A DNA stretch of 64,000 bases. It comes from Polyangiaceae bacterium. GTDB lineage: Bacteria > Myxococcota_A > Polyangia > Polyangiales > Polyangiaceae. Below the pieces are notes generated by a model, which was given only the letters and a program-made list of their open reading frames with translations, was not told the DNA's origin and made no database searches. Where the stretch lies: positions 3,232,001-3,296,000 of the forward strand of contig CBDCTZ010000016.1 of NCBI GenBank assembly GCA_965222375.1, read 5' to 3'. Both the position numbers and the translations under genes were made by a program. Below are positions 19,768 to 29,313 of the stretch, in pieces. The stretch's first letter is position 1; every line of letters begins with the position of its first letter.

Positions 19768-20679
19768 ATGACTGGCCCAGCGCTCGGCCCCTTTTTCGAC
19801 CACGGTGTTCCCGCTAGTTGGCAGCCGGAGGTTCGAGCTCAGGTGGCGCCTATGCTGGAGGCGACTCTGGCGAACGTGTCCGTCCAGCACGCGGGCCTGG
19901 GTGAGCGACGAAGCGAGTTTCTGCGGTTTGCCGCGGAGCGCTTCGCCGAAACCGATGACCCGGTCGCAGCGATCAGGAGTCTGCGCTTGGAGGAACTGTG
20001 GCTGTGTTTTGCCGCTCTGTCCGGCGAAGCGGAGTCGGTCGCTGAGCTCGAGAAGATGTTCAGCGCCGAGGCGGAGGTCGGTCTCCGTCGCCTGAGCCTG
20101 TCGCGGACGGCCAAGGAGGAAGCCGTTCAGCGGGCACGGGTGAAGCTCTTTGTCGGCGAGCCAGAGCGCAGCCCGAAGCTGGCGCAGTATTCCGGACACG
20201 GCAGCTTGGCGGGCTGGATGCGAGTGGTGGTCGTGCGCACGGCCCTCAACGCTCAGCGGGGCGAGCGGCGGCATGCGCCGCGGGACGACGATGTGCTCGC
20301 TTCTCGGATTGCCGACGATGCTCGAGATCCGGAACTCGAAATCATCAAGGCACGCTACGCATCGGCACTGTCCGAGGCCGTGGCGGCCGCCTTTCGCCGC
20401 TTGACCAGTGAACAGCGCAATCTATTGCGCATGTACGTGATCGACCGCCTCACCTTGACCGAGCTGTCGCAAATCAACAATGTGGATGCCTCCACGATCT
20501 CGCGTTGGCTGGCGAAGATCCGCGCCAAGCTGCTCGAGGAGGCGCAGAGCCACCTGATCGAGCGCCATGCCATGCGGCCCTCGGAGTGCGAGAGCCTGTT
20601 TCGGGCGGTGCAGAGCAATTTCCACGTCACGGTTGAGCGGCTTTTGGTGGCGGAGCCCGAAGACCAAGTGGAAGATTGA
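19768..20679 (+). CDS. ECF sigma-70 factor, Myxococcales family
   Basis: ELWLCFAALSG, YSGHGSLAGWMRVV, DPELEIIKARY, DASTISRWL. Confidence 0.88.
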   Translation: MTGPALGPFFDHGVPASWQPEVRAQVAPMLEATLANVSVQHAGLGERRSEFLRFAAERFAETDDPVAAIRSLRLEELWLCFAALSGEAESVAELEKMFSAEAEVGLRRLSLSRTAKEEAVQRARVKLFVGEPERSPKLAQYSGHGSLAGWMRVVVVRTALNAQRGERRHAPRDDDVLASRIADDARDPELEIIKARYASALSEAVAAAFRRLTSEQRNLLRMYVIDRLTLTELSQINNVDASTISRWLAKIRAKLLEEAQSHLIERHAMRPSECESLFRAVQSNFHVTVERLLVAEPEDQVED

Positions 20680-20755
20680 AGTCGGCCTCAGACCGGCTGA
20701 TTTCGCGAAAAACGACCAAGCTGGGCGCCGAATCGGCCCGCGGGTCGCATTTCCA

Positions 20756-20781
20756 TGCAAGCGATGGCGTCAGGGCGTGTC
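20756..20781 (+). promoter_or_regulatory. Putative ECF promoter TGCAA-N16-GTGTC
   Basis: tgcaa gcgatggcgtcagggc gtgtc, upstream of the trypsin gene. Confidence 0.65.
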
Positions 20782-20828
20782 CGCAAACTGAGTGCGGGTG
20801 ATCTCCGCGCGCCGTGTTTCAGGTCGCC

Positions 20829-22199
20829 ATGCCCTTTGTCTCGAAATACCGAGTTGCTGTCGCGGTTTCACTGCTCGTCTTGGCGGCGGCGCCCCTGGCT
20901 CAGGCCTCGGAGCCCCAAGCAATCTACGGCGGCAACAAAGTCCAGCCCTGCGCCTGGCCCACCACGGTTTCCATCGGCGGATGCACCGGTACCCTGGTGC
21001 ATCCGGAGGTGGTCGTGTTTGCGGCCCACTGCCTGGAGGGCGGCAGCCCCGGCAGCGTCCGATTCGGGGACAACCTGAACTCCCCTGCGTTTTCCCGTTC
21101 GACCACCACCTGCAAGGCCGACCCGAAGTACTACAGCTCGAGCGGGCATGACGTCGCGTTTTGCCGGCTCTCCAAGCCGGTCACTACGGTGCCGATCGTT
21201 CCCATACTGATGGGCTGCGAAACCCAGGCACTCACCCCCGGCGCGCAGGTCACCGCCGTCGGCTTCGGACAGGCCAACGACAACCTCGGCTGGGGGCCGA
21301 AGCGCCAGGTGACGATGCAGATCAACTCGATCAAGAACGGCGAGGCGTTCATCGGTGGCAATGGCAAGGACACTTGCTATGGCGATTCCGGCGGCCCGGT
21401 CTACATCCGCATGAAAGACGGGAGCTGGCGCGTGTTCGGCATCACGTCCTACGGCGAGTACTGCGGTGGCGGCGGCTACTACTCGATGATGCACACGGCC
21501 ATTGCTTGGCTCGAGCAGAACTCCGGCGTGGATCTGACGCCGTGTCACCAAGGTGGCGCTTGGAGTCCGACCGCGGGCTGTTCCGAATTCCCCATGGACC
21601 CCGGTGCCAGCAACAGCAACTGGCAAAACGGTTGCAAGGGGCAGCTCTCGGGTCCCTCGGCGACTTGTGGTGCCCCCTTCGGCGGCGGGGGCACGTCATC
21701 AGGCGGGGGCCCAGGTGCGGGCGGCGTTGGCTCCGGTAGCGGCGCGGGCGGGCCCGGCTCTGGCGGCTTTGGCGCCGGGAGCTCTGGCGGTGGCAACACG
21801 CCCGGCGGTGGGAACCCCGGTTCGGGTGGCTTTCCGAGTGGGGGCGGGGACACGGGTTTCGGCGGCACGCCCGGAGCAAGCGGCGGCGGCCCCGGTGGTC
21901 CCAACTTGAGCTACCCCGGTTGTTCCCTTGCGCCGGACTGCAGCGCCTGCGCGAGCTGTGACGATCGCTGCCGCTGCGCGACGGGTGACGCCGTGGCCTG
22001 CGCCGCAGCCTGTACGCCCTACGGCGGTGGCTCCAACACGTCCGCTTCCGGCGGCTCTACGGGGCTCTCGGCCCCCGAGGAGCAAACCGTGACCGGTTGC
22101 TCCCTCAGCTCTCCCAGCGGCCGTCGCGGCGGCTGGTTCGCGTTGATTTTCTTAGCGGCGCTCGCCACTCGGCGTCGACAAAACCGAGGACCAAGATAA
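20829..22199 (+). CDS. Trypsin-like S1 serine protease with MYXO-CTERM
   Basis: Signal peptide, IYGG, AAHC, HDVA, GDSGGP; C-terminal GCS...TM...RRR. Confidence 0.93.
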   Translation: MPFVSKYRVAVAVSLLVLAAAPLAQASEPQAIYGGNKVQPCAWPTTVSIGGCTGTLVHPEVVVFAAHCLEGGSPGSVRFGDNLNSPAFSRSTTTCKADPKYYSSSGHDVAFCRLSKPVTTVPIVPILMGCETQALTPGAQVTAVGFGQANDNLGWGPKRQVTMQINSIKNGEAFIGGNGKDTCYGDSGGPVYIRMKDGSWRVFGITSYGEYCGGGGYYSMMHTAIAWLEQNSGVDLTPCHQGGAWSPTAGCSEFPMDPGASNSNWQNGCKGQLSGPSATCGAPFGGGGTSSGGGPGAGGVGSGSGAGGPGSGGFGAGSSGGGNTPGGGNPGSGGFPSGGGDTGFGGTPGASGGGPGGPNLSYPGCSLAPDCSACASCDDRCRCATGDAVACAAACTPYGGGSNTSASGGSTGLSAPEEQTVTGCSLSSPSGRRGGWFALIFLAALATRRRQNRGPR

Positions 22200-23929
22200 T
22201 GCCAACGCCCTGCACCGAACCCACTTTCACTGGCAGCGTGGTTCTGCTCGACCCGTCGGCGGATGCCGGGCCGCAGAACGAACCGAACAGCACGCTGACG
22301 GGAAGCGTCGTCTTCCTCGATCCAGACGACGTGAAAAATGAACCGAGCAGCACGCTGACGGGGAGCGTCGTCTTTCCCGAGCCCGACATCGACGCCGAAT
22401 CCAATTCGACCCTCACGGGCTGCATGAAGTTCAGCGACGACGATCTGGAGGTGGAGGATCTCTCCATGTCCTACATCGTGCCCGCCGAGTATGACTCCGA
22501 GTCCGGCCTGGAGACCGTGGTGAGCGGCCCGCCCGACGGCATTCAACCCGTCAGCGAGGAACCCCGGGAGGAAACCACGGGCGTCGTGGATTGCGTTCCG
22601 GAAGACGACGAAAGCGAAGAGACTCTCAAGCACGACAGCTCACCACCCAAACCCAGGTGGCATGCGGTGCCGGCGCCCTGTCCCCCGCCGGTCGCGAAGA
22701 AGCCAGCATTGCGGCTGCTGCCGCCCGTCTCTCCCCGGCCGCGGGTGTCGCCCCTGCCGCCGGTGGCACCGGTGCCGCGAACATCGCCGTTGCCACCGGT
22801 CCCGCGCTTCGAAGCTGCCGGCGCGCTACCTCGCTCCAGCCGTGAGGATGTGTCGGCGCAGCGCGGGGCGACCGTGTCGGGCGCGAAGCAAGCGTCCCTC
22901 ATGCCCGCAGTCCCACGGCTGTCATCGCTGCCCCCACCACCTCGCATTCCCCACGGATTGTTTTCACGGGCTCCGGCCAACTCCCCGCCCCCCACGCGAG
23001 TCGGGCTATCCGAGTGCAGCGCGACGCGAGAGTTGCCGGCGGCCAAACCCGACCAAAGCGAAGCGGACGCCGTGACCACGCCCGGACGTCGGGCACCCGC
23101 GAGCGAGCAAGTGCGCTTGCGTGCCACGCCCTCGGGCTGGGAGGATCCGTCCGCTGACGACCGAGACAGCGTGGTGCCTGTGGTCGGACGGGCTTCGCGC
23201 CGACCGACCAAGCGCCGCAATTGGTGGGCCCTCGGGATCGCCGCGGGCGCCCTCTGCGCCGTAACGGTGTTCCTATTCGGCTTCTTGGTCATGGAAGCCC
23301 GTGCACGCGCTACACAGGCTGCGGAAACTCCCGCGTTGATCGTGACCGTGGCTAGGGTTGGCGGTTTCCGTGTCGCAGACGTGTCGGTCTTCATCGACGG
23401 CAGTCGACAGTGCGAAGCGGCGCCCTGTGTCGTATCGACCTTGAGCCCGGGGTTTCACTTCATCACCGTGGGTGCTCCCGGACATGTCGCTCCGGCTCCT
23501 CGCGCCATTCGCATCCTGGAAGGCGAGACCACGAATCTCCACTTCGATCTGATGCCGGAAAAGGCAGCCGCGAAAGCCGCGGCCGCGTCCATCGACGTAT
23601 CCGCGCTTCCGACCGAAGCCACGCTCCCGGCGCTTCCAGTGGCAGCTGCGACGGCACCCACCGCGCAAGCTCCGGTGGCGGCGCCTGAGCCAGCTGCACC
23701 AGCACCCGCGCCCAAGCCGGCGATCAAGTTCGGGTACTTGAACTTCAATTCGATCCCCGTGAGCAACGTGGTCGTGGACGGGCGGCCCATCGGCACAACG
23801 CCGAAGACCTCCGTGCGAGTGCGTGCGGGCAAACACAGCGTCGTGTTCGTGCACTCCGAGCACGGCCGACGCGCCCAGAGCGTCTTCGTCGCTCCCGGGG
23901 CCCGACGCACCGTTGCCGTGCGCTTTTGA
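22199..23929 (+). CDS. PEGA domain membrane protein
   Basis: TAATG coupling; acidic and Pro-rich N-terminus, TM, two PEGA-like domains (VFIDG..., VVVDGRPIGTTP). Confidence 0.85.
   Translation: MPTPCTEPTFTGSVVLLDPSADAGPQNEPNSTLTGSVVFLDPDDVKNEPSSTLTGSVVFPEPDIDAESNSTLTGCMKFSDDDLEVEDLSMSYIVPAEYDSESGLETVVSGPPDGIQPVSEEPREETTGVVDCVPEDDESEETLKHDSSPPKPRWHAVPAPCPPPVAKKPALRLLPPVSPRPRVSPLPPVAPVPRTSPLPPVPRFEAAGALPRSSREDVSAQRGATVSGAKQASLMPAVPRLSSLPPPPRIPHGLFSRAPANSPPPTRVGLSECSATRELPAAKPDQSEADAVTTPGRRAPASEQVRLRATPSGWEDPSADDRDSVVPVVGRASRRPTKRRNWWALGIAAGALCAVTVFLFGFLVMEARARATQAAETPALIVTVARVGGFRVADVSVFIDGSRQCEAAPCVVSTLSPGFHFITVGAPGHVAPAPRAIRILEGETTNLHFDLMPEKAAAKAAAASIDVSALPTEATLPALPVAAATAPTAQAPVAAPEPAAPAPAPKPAIKFGYLNFNSIPVSNVVVDGRPIGTTPKTSVRVRAGKHSVVFVHSEHGRRAQSVFVAPGARRTVAVRF
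22217..22440 (+). repeat. Four degenerate ~57-63 bp coding repeats
   Basis: EPTFTGSVVLLDP / EPNSTLTGSVVFLDP / EPSSTLTGSVVFPEP / ESNSTLTGCMKFSDD. Confidence 0.75.
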
Positions 23930-23941
23930 GAGGAAGCCGCC

Positions 23942-25411
23942 GTGCAACTTCGAAAACTCTTGTTGCTCTTCTTCGCGGCTGCGCCTTTGGCGTGTGCCGC
24001 GAGCACCTCCGATGATGACGGAGGGTTGGGCGTCGGCGCAGCTGCTGGGACTGCGGGCGCGATTGGCTCGGCAACCTGCACACCCGCCGCCGGGTGTCAG
24101 AACTGCGGTTCGTGTTTCGAGCGTTGCTTCTGCGCCACGGGCCAAACCGACAAGTGCGTGAACGCCTGCGTCGGGTCGGGCGTTGGCGGTGGTTCGAGTG
24201 GTGGCGGAGGAAACGTCGGCGGCAGTGGCGCCGGTACGAGCAGCGGCGGCACGCCGAACACCGGGGGTACGCCGAGCAGCGGTGGTGCCAGTAGCGGCGG
24301 CACTCCGGGGAGCGGTGGAACGAGCGGTGGCGGCAATACAGGTGGCGGCAACACGGGTGGTGGCGGTGGCACGCCGAGTGGCGCGTGCTGCACGCCAACG
24401 CCGGGGACGCCGGGTTGCGGTATCACCACGATCTCCGCCTGCGTCTGTGCCAAAGATGCCTACTGCTGCAACACCGAGTGGGATCAAGTCTGCGTCAACG
24501 AAGTCGACTCCTTCGGCTGTGGCAGCTGCGTCGGCGGCGGTTCCGGCGGCACTACGAACACCGGCGGCACCACCGGCAGTGGTGGCTCGACGAGTACCGG
24601 CGGTACACCTGGAAGCGGAGGTACGACAAGTACCGGCGGCACGACTGGAAGCGGCGGGTTCACCGCGGGCTCGGTCACTTGGATCGACTGGCCAGCGCAA
24701 CACAGTCAGTCCAACAGTGGCTGGAGCTCATACATGACGGACGTGATCCGGCACCTGCCCACTTCCTACGGCAGCACCTACTACGACGCCGACAAGGTCA
24801 CTTACGTGCACGAGACCACCCACGGCATCAACTCGCACTTGCGCAACTACAAGAACACGACCGGCAAGAAGGCCAATGGCTTCTACGTTGGCCACAACAA
24901 GGGCGTCATCATCGTCGAGCCGAACATCTGGAAGAACGATGCCAACGCCTACGTGCCCCAGAGCCTCAGGGACACACGCTACAGCCTGTACATGCAAGGC
25001 TCTCAGGCCTGGAACGACACGCCCCTGTACCTCTGGGATGAGTGGGTCGCCTACGCGAACGGGACGGAAGCTGGCTTGAACTTGGTCCTGGAGGGCAAGT
25101 GGACTGCCGGCTGGCGGGACGTCTTCGGTTCCATGGAGTTCACGGTGTATGCCGTAGCGCTGGCCATGGCAGTCGAAGCCAAGGATCCGAGCTACTTCTC
25201 TTCCTACGCGCAGTTTCGCGAGTTCCTGAAGTGGAACATCGAGCGTTGTATGCGTCTGTACAACGACACCCACAACCGCACCGAATTCAAGTGGAACAAG
25301 GTGGACGACTACTACAACAAGATCCGCACCAACTCCGACGCCGCGAACATGCGCGCATTCCTGGTGAAAACCTACGGAGCGACCTGGACGAAAAACGTCA
25401 TGGGGTTTTGA
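23942..25411 (+). CDS. Cys-rich lipoprotein with putative zinc metallopeptidase domain
   Basis: Lipobox PLAC, Cys modules, HETTH plus downstream DEWVAY (gluzincin-like). Confidence 0.8.
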   Translation: MQLRKLLLLFFAAAPLACAASTSDDDGGLGVGAAAGTAGAIGSATCTPAAGCQNCGSCFERCFCATGQTDKCVNACVGSGVGGGSSGGGGNVGGSGAGTSSGGTPNTGGTPSSGGASSGGTPGSGGTSGGGNTGGGNTGGGGGTPSGACCTPTPGTPGCGITTISACVCAKDAYCCNTEWDQVCVNEVDSFGCGSCVGGGSGGTTNTGGTTGSGGSTSTGGTPGSGGTTSTGGTTGSGGFTAGSVTWIDWPAQHSQSNSGWSSYMTDVIRHLPTSYGSTYYDADKVTYVHETTHGINSHLRNYKNTTGKKANGFYVGHNKGVIIVEPNIWKNDANAYVPQSLRDTRYSLYMQGSQAWNDTPLYLWDEWVAYANGTEAGLNLVLEGKWTAGWRDVFGSMEFTVYAVALAMAVEAKDPSYFSSYAQFREFLKWNIERCMRLYNDTHNRTEFKWNKVDDYYNKIRTNSDAANMRAFLVKTYGATWTKNVMGF

Positions 25412-25476
25412 CTGAGCCCGCTCGTGCGTGCCGCCACGAACTCGTCGTCACTAGCGGTCTACGGACACGCTAGGTC

Positions 25477-25728
25477 TTGATGTGCGTACGCGTGACCAAC
25501 GGTGGTCAGGGACCGACGTCGATCGTTTTTTCGCATGAAGCGGTAGACGAGTCTTACGCGCAATTCGACGTGATGTTCACGGCCATGCGTCGTGCGGACG
25601 AGTCCGCTCGCGCCCTCCACGGCCGAAAGGACCCGCAGAAGTGGCGGGGCTTCACCGAGAACATCGAAGAGCTGATCTGGGCGACCGAGTGGGTCCACCT
25701 GGCTCTGGCACGTCGCCCGGGCGAGTAA
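25477..25728 (+). CDS. Short hypothetical protein or gene fragment
   Basis: 83 aa, plausible codon usage, no motif. Confidence 0.35.
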   Translation: MMCVRVTNGGQGPTSIVFSHEAVDESYAQFDVMFTAMRRADESARALHGRKDPQKWRGFTENIEELIWATEWVHLALARRPGE

Positions 25729-25787
25729 ATCAGAGTACCGACTGATAAACCGCCGACGGGGCGCCACTCACGTTGAAGGAGTCCCAC

Positions 25788-26384
25788 GTGAGACTTTCAA
25801 CTGCCCTGGTCCTTGTGCTCAGCGCCCCGCTTTTGGCTTGCTCGGAGGCGGAACCGGCTGCCGGCCCGGGCGGAAAAGGGGGACCTTGCGTGTCTGGGGA
25901 CCTGTGCAACCACGGGTTGCAGTGCGTGGGTGGCAAGTGTCAGCCCGGGCCATGGGGCATTCAGGGAACCGGGGCGGCGGGCGCTGGCGGCTCGTCTGGC
26001 GCGGGAGGCTCGGCGGCTCAGGGCGGAGCGGGCGGCGTTGGCGGCGAAGCGAGCGGTGGTACCTCGTCGGGCGGAGCATCAGCTGGGGCGCCCGGGGGCG
26101 GAGGTGTCGGCGGAGTCGTAACTGGAGGCACTTCGAGCGGAGGCGCCGCGGGCAGCGGTGGCGTGGCGAGCGGAGGCACCTCGGCGACCGGTGGCACGAC
26201 TGCGACCGGTGGCACGTCCGCGACCGGCGGAGTGACCGGGACCGGTGGAGGTGGCAATTGTGTTGGGATCCCCGCTGTCAACGGCTCGTGCAACGCGGCG
26301 TTCTGCTATTGCTCGGCGAGCGATAGTTGCTTTCCGAAAGCGCTGGCACAGGGTTGCTGCAGCGTGGCGCCGAGCTGCAAATGA
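25788..26384 (+). CDS. Gly/Cys-rich lipoprotein
   Basis: SD aaggag, lipobox LLAC, terminal Cys modules. Confidence 0.8.
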   Translation: MRLSTALVLVLSAPLLACSEAEPAAGPGGKGGPCVSGDLCNHGLQCVGGKCQPGPWGIQGTGAAGAGGSSGAGGSAAQGGAGGVGGEASGGTSSGGASAGAPGGGGVGGVVTGGTSSGGAAGSGGVASGGTSATGGTTATGGTSATGGVTGTGGGGNCVGIPAVNGSCNAAFCYCSASDSCFPKALAQGCCSVAPSCK

Positions 26385-27895
26385 TGTCTCGGAGTCGAAC
26401 AGCGAACTTCGTACTCGGTGCCACGATAGTGTTGGCGGTCGTATCGATCTTTGCCGCACCAGGTTGCTCAAGCGGTGAAGTTGGCGGCAGCGATCCGAAC
26501 TGCGACGCCACCCTCGAGTCCATCCGTAGCAGCATCTTCGTCCAAAGCTGCGGCAGCCCGCTCTGCCATGGTGGCGATGACCCAGCCGGACAACTCAATC
26601 TAGTGGATGGGGACATCGACGTCCGACTCGCTGGGGTCAATGCCGGAACTTGTGACGGTTGGCAGCTCGTCGTGCCCGGCAAGCCCGAGGAGTCTCTGCT
26701 TTGGCTGAAGTTGTACTCGGACTCCCCGCCCTGCGGAGACCCAATGCCCCTTGGTACCTTCCTTCCCGCCACTCAGCTGGCCTGCGTGCGAGATTGGATC
26801 CTAAACCATCCACCCGTGCAAGGCTGTGAGACTTGCGGCGGTGCTGACTGCATCGACCTGCAGTCCGACCCCATCAATTGCGGCGGCTGTGGGGTGGCCT
26901 GCCCTGCAGGTTCCGCTTGCACGAACGGTAGTTGTCAGTGTGCCGGCACGCTCGATTTCTGCGGTGGTGGTTGTGTTGATACGCAGTCGTCGACGAGCCA
27001 CTGTGGCGCTTGCGACAACGGATGCGGGACAGGTGCCCTATGCAACGTCGGGCAGTGTGTGTGCGGTGCTGGTCTAGAGGCGTGCGCCGGAGCGTGTAGC
27101 GATACCAACGCCGATCCAGCAAACTGCGGCGGTTGCGGTACGAAGTGCGCCAGCACCGAAGTGTGTTTCCAAGGCAGCTGCGCATCTGGTTGTGGCGCCC
27201 TCACCCAGTGCGGTCAGAGCTGCGTGGACACCAACGCCAGCGCGTTTCACTGTGGCGCGTGCGACGCGGCTTGCGCCGCTGGGGCGTCGTGCGTGGGAGG
27301 CAAGTGTGCGTGTCCGGCAGGTACGGCTGATTGCGGCGGCACCTGCATCGATACGTTTTCGGATCCCTCCAACTGCGGAGCTTGTGGAAACGCTTGCCCC
27401 GCCGGTCAAGTCTGTAGCGCCGGCGCTTGTGAATGCCCCGGCGGTGGCACGTACTGCTCAGGCAAGTGCGTCGACACCGCGTCCGATCTGCTCAATTGTG
27501 GAGGGTGTGGCAAGGCTTGCGGCGGCGGGCAGAGCTGCAACCAAGGTGTGTGCACGTGCGGTAGTACGACGGCGACCTTTGCAAACGACGTGCAACCCAT
27601 CTTCAGCGCGAGTTGTGCGTCAAAGGGTTGTCATAGCGGAGTCAAGCCGGCGGCGAGCTTGCCACTGACCGAAGGTGCCTCCTACGCTGCTTTGGTTGGC
27701 GCGCAAACGAATCAGTGTGGCGGCGGCCGAGTACGCGTCGTTCCCGGCGACCCCGCTCGAAGCTACTTGATGCAAAAGCTGCTGGGCGTGGATCTATGCA
27801 CCGGCACCCAGATGCCCAAGGCGGGTCAGAGCATTCCTTCGGCGCAGATTGACGCCATCGGTGCGTGGATCTGCGCGGGTGCCGCGAACAACTGA
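26381..27895 (+). CDS. Lipoprotein with Stig1/MXAN_6577-like Cys repeats flanked by two cytochrome c-like domains
   Basis: Six CxDxxxDxxNCGxCG repeats; CGSPLCH...VVPGKPEESLL...MP and CASKGCH...VVPGDPARSYL...MP. Confidence 0.82.
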   Translation: MMSRSRTANFVLGATIVLAVVSIFAAPGCSSGEVGGSDPNCDATLESIRSSIFVQSCGSPLCHGGDDPAGQLNLVDGDIDVRLAGVNAGTCDGWQLVVPGKPEESLLWLKLYSDSPPCGDPMPLGTFLPATQLACVRDWILNHPPVQGCETCGGADCIDLQSDPINCGGCGVACPAGSACTNGSCQCAGTLDFCGGGCVDTQSSTSHCGACDNGCGTGALCNVGQCVCGAGLEACAGACSDTNADPANCGGCGTKCASTEVCFQGSCASGCGALTQCGQSCVDTNASAFHCGACDAACAAGASCVGGKCACPAGTADCGGTCIDTFSDPSNCGACGNACPAGQVCSAGACECPGGGTYCSGKCVDTASDLLNCGGCGKACGGGQSCNQGVCTCGSTTATFANDVQPIFSASCASKGCHSGVKPAASLPLTEGASYAALVGAQTNQCGGGRVRVVPGDPARSYLMQKLLGVDLCTGTQMPKAGQSIPSAQIDAIGAWICAGAANN

Positions 27896-27960
27896 GGTCG
27901 TAGATCACAGTACCGCCACGGCGGCGGCTGACGCCTCGACTGTGTTGCCGCCCTGAGTCT

Positions 27961-28749
27961 CTACCAGGCGAATCGTTCCGGATCCGGAACATCGCCCCCA
28001 CGACGCACATGATCTGCGATCATCGCGCTGAGAAGATCCCGGGCCTTTTCACAACGCTTTGCGGCGGCGTCCTTGCTGCAGCGCTTCCGGCTCAAGTCGA
28101 GGCGGAACTTGATCTTGCGGTTCTTCTCGAGCACGTCGCGGGTTTCATCCTTGAGCTCGCGCCAGCGGATTTCGGCGGTTTTGGGGAATGTGGGCCGCCG
28201 AAGCGTCACCTCGTCTGCCATCACCGATGCACACGTCCCGTCCCAGCGGTACACGTCGTAGCTGCCCGAGCCACTCATCTGAACCGCGCCGCTTCCACCC
28301 GAACGGTGTTCCAGAACGACGAGTTCCTCACCGAACTGGAGCTTCTTGGGATGGGTCCGGCGCGCCTTGGCGTACCACGCCTTGGTGCTCACGCGCATGT
28401 ACGCGCGCGTCCACGGCATCTTCTTTCGAAACATCGCCAACGCGATGTTGGGCGAGGCCTTCTTGCACACGTTCTTCGCGAAGGCGGGAGGGGGAGTGCA
28501 TAGCTCCGCGTTCGCGTCGTTGCACTCCGTTGGGATCTCCCGGGCGACCTGCACGGGCTTGGCCGGCTCTTTCTTGGCAGCGCCCGTCGCCGCCGGCTCG
28601 ATTTTGGCCGCGGCAGTTGATGGATCCTCGTGGTTCGGAGCCCTCGGCGCAGAGGCTTCTTGCCCGCTGACTCCGCCGCAGGCGGCGAGTGCAGCAGCAA
28701 ACAGTGTGGCGGTGAGCGTTTTTGAGATTTGGAAACTCTTGACGTCCAT
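27961..28749 (-). CDS. Hypothetical lipoprotein
   Basis: Lipobox LAAC; PWTRAY and YDVYRWDGTC motifs. Confidence 0.8.
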   Translation of the reverse strand: MDVKSFQISKTLTATLFAAALAACGGVSGQEASAPRAPNHEDPSTAAAKIEPAATGAAKKEPAKPVQVAREIPTECNDANAELCTPPPAFAKNVCKKASPNIALAMFRKKMPWTRAYMRVSTKAWYAKARRTHPKKLQFGEELVVLEHRSGGSGAVQMSGSGSYDVYRWDGTCASVMADEVTLRRPTFPKTAEIRWRELKDETRDVLEKNRKIKFRLDLSRKRCSKDAAAKRCEKARDLLSAMIADHVRRGGDVPDPERFAW

Positions 28750-29313
28750 GACCACTTCCCCGGTTGAATTCAACGCTTCGTTTGGCCGACTTCAGCATTC
28801 GCATCCGCTGGCCACATGGTTTCGGTTTCCCCAACGACGAGGGTCACCGAACCGGACTTTCCCAACCTCCGACTTTCGCCGACGTACTTGCTTCGGTCAA
28901 GGCATGCGGACCGAATAGAAGTCTGGCGGCTTGCGAGCCAAGGCAACACCTACATTGGATACGACCGACGCCACAGGTGCGAGGTTGACCCGGCGGCCCA
29001 ATGCGTGAGCACCGACGCTGGCAACGAAATCCGGCCGTTGGCTTTTTGTTTGTTTAGGGAATGTGGCGGATCGGTGCGTCATCGACGCCATCGCGGAGCG
29101 GCCCCTTCGCGCCCAGGGCCTCGATGTCCGAAACTGTTCCGCTGCGCCAGCGCGCTTCGGGACTCGGCGAGGTTAGGCAGTCGTTAGGCGTGATGCGCCC
29201 CGAGCGGATGGACTTCGGCCAGCTTGGGCGACGGGGCCCAGAGCGAAGCAGGGCGCCAATCAAAAGCCGCATTTCCGCCGCGACATGTGCGTCGCGGCAG
29301 GCTCAATGGGTCG

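Noticed and set aside
24180..24660. GGC/AGC-rich repetitive tracts here and in many lipoprotein genes
   Set aside because: Gly/Ser/Thr linkers within CDS, not CRISPR or DNA repeats
23273..24703. Long antisense ORFs (also 32790-33761, 35991-36983, 37885-38883, 39765-40715)
   Set aside because: Shadow ORFs of GC-rich genes on the other strand
29172..29190. Two GTTAGGC integron core-like sites
   Set aside because: No upstream RYYYAAC inverse core, no attC palindrome and no integrase
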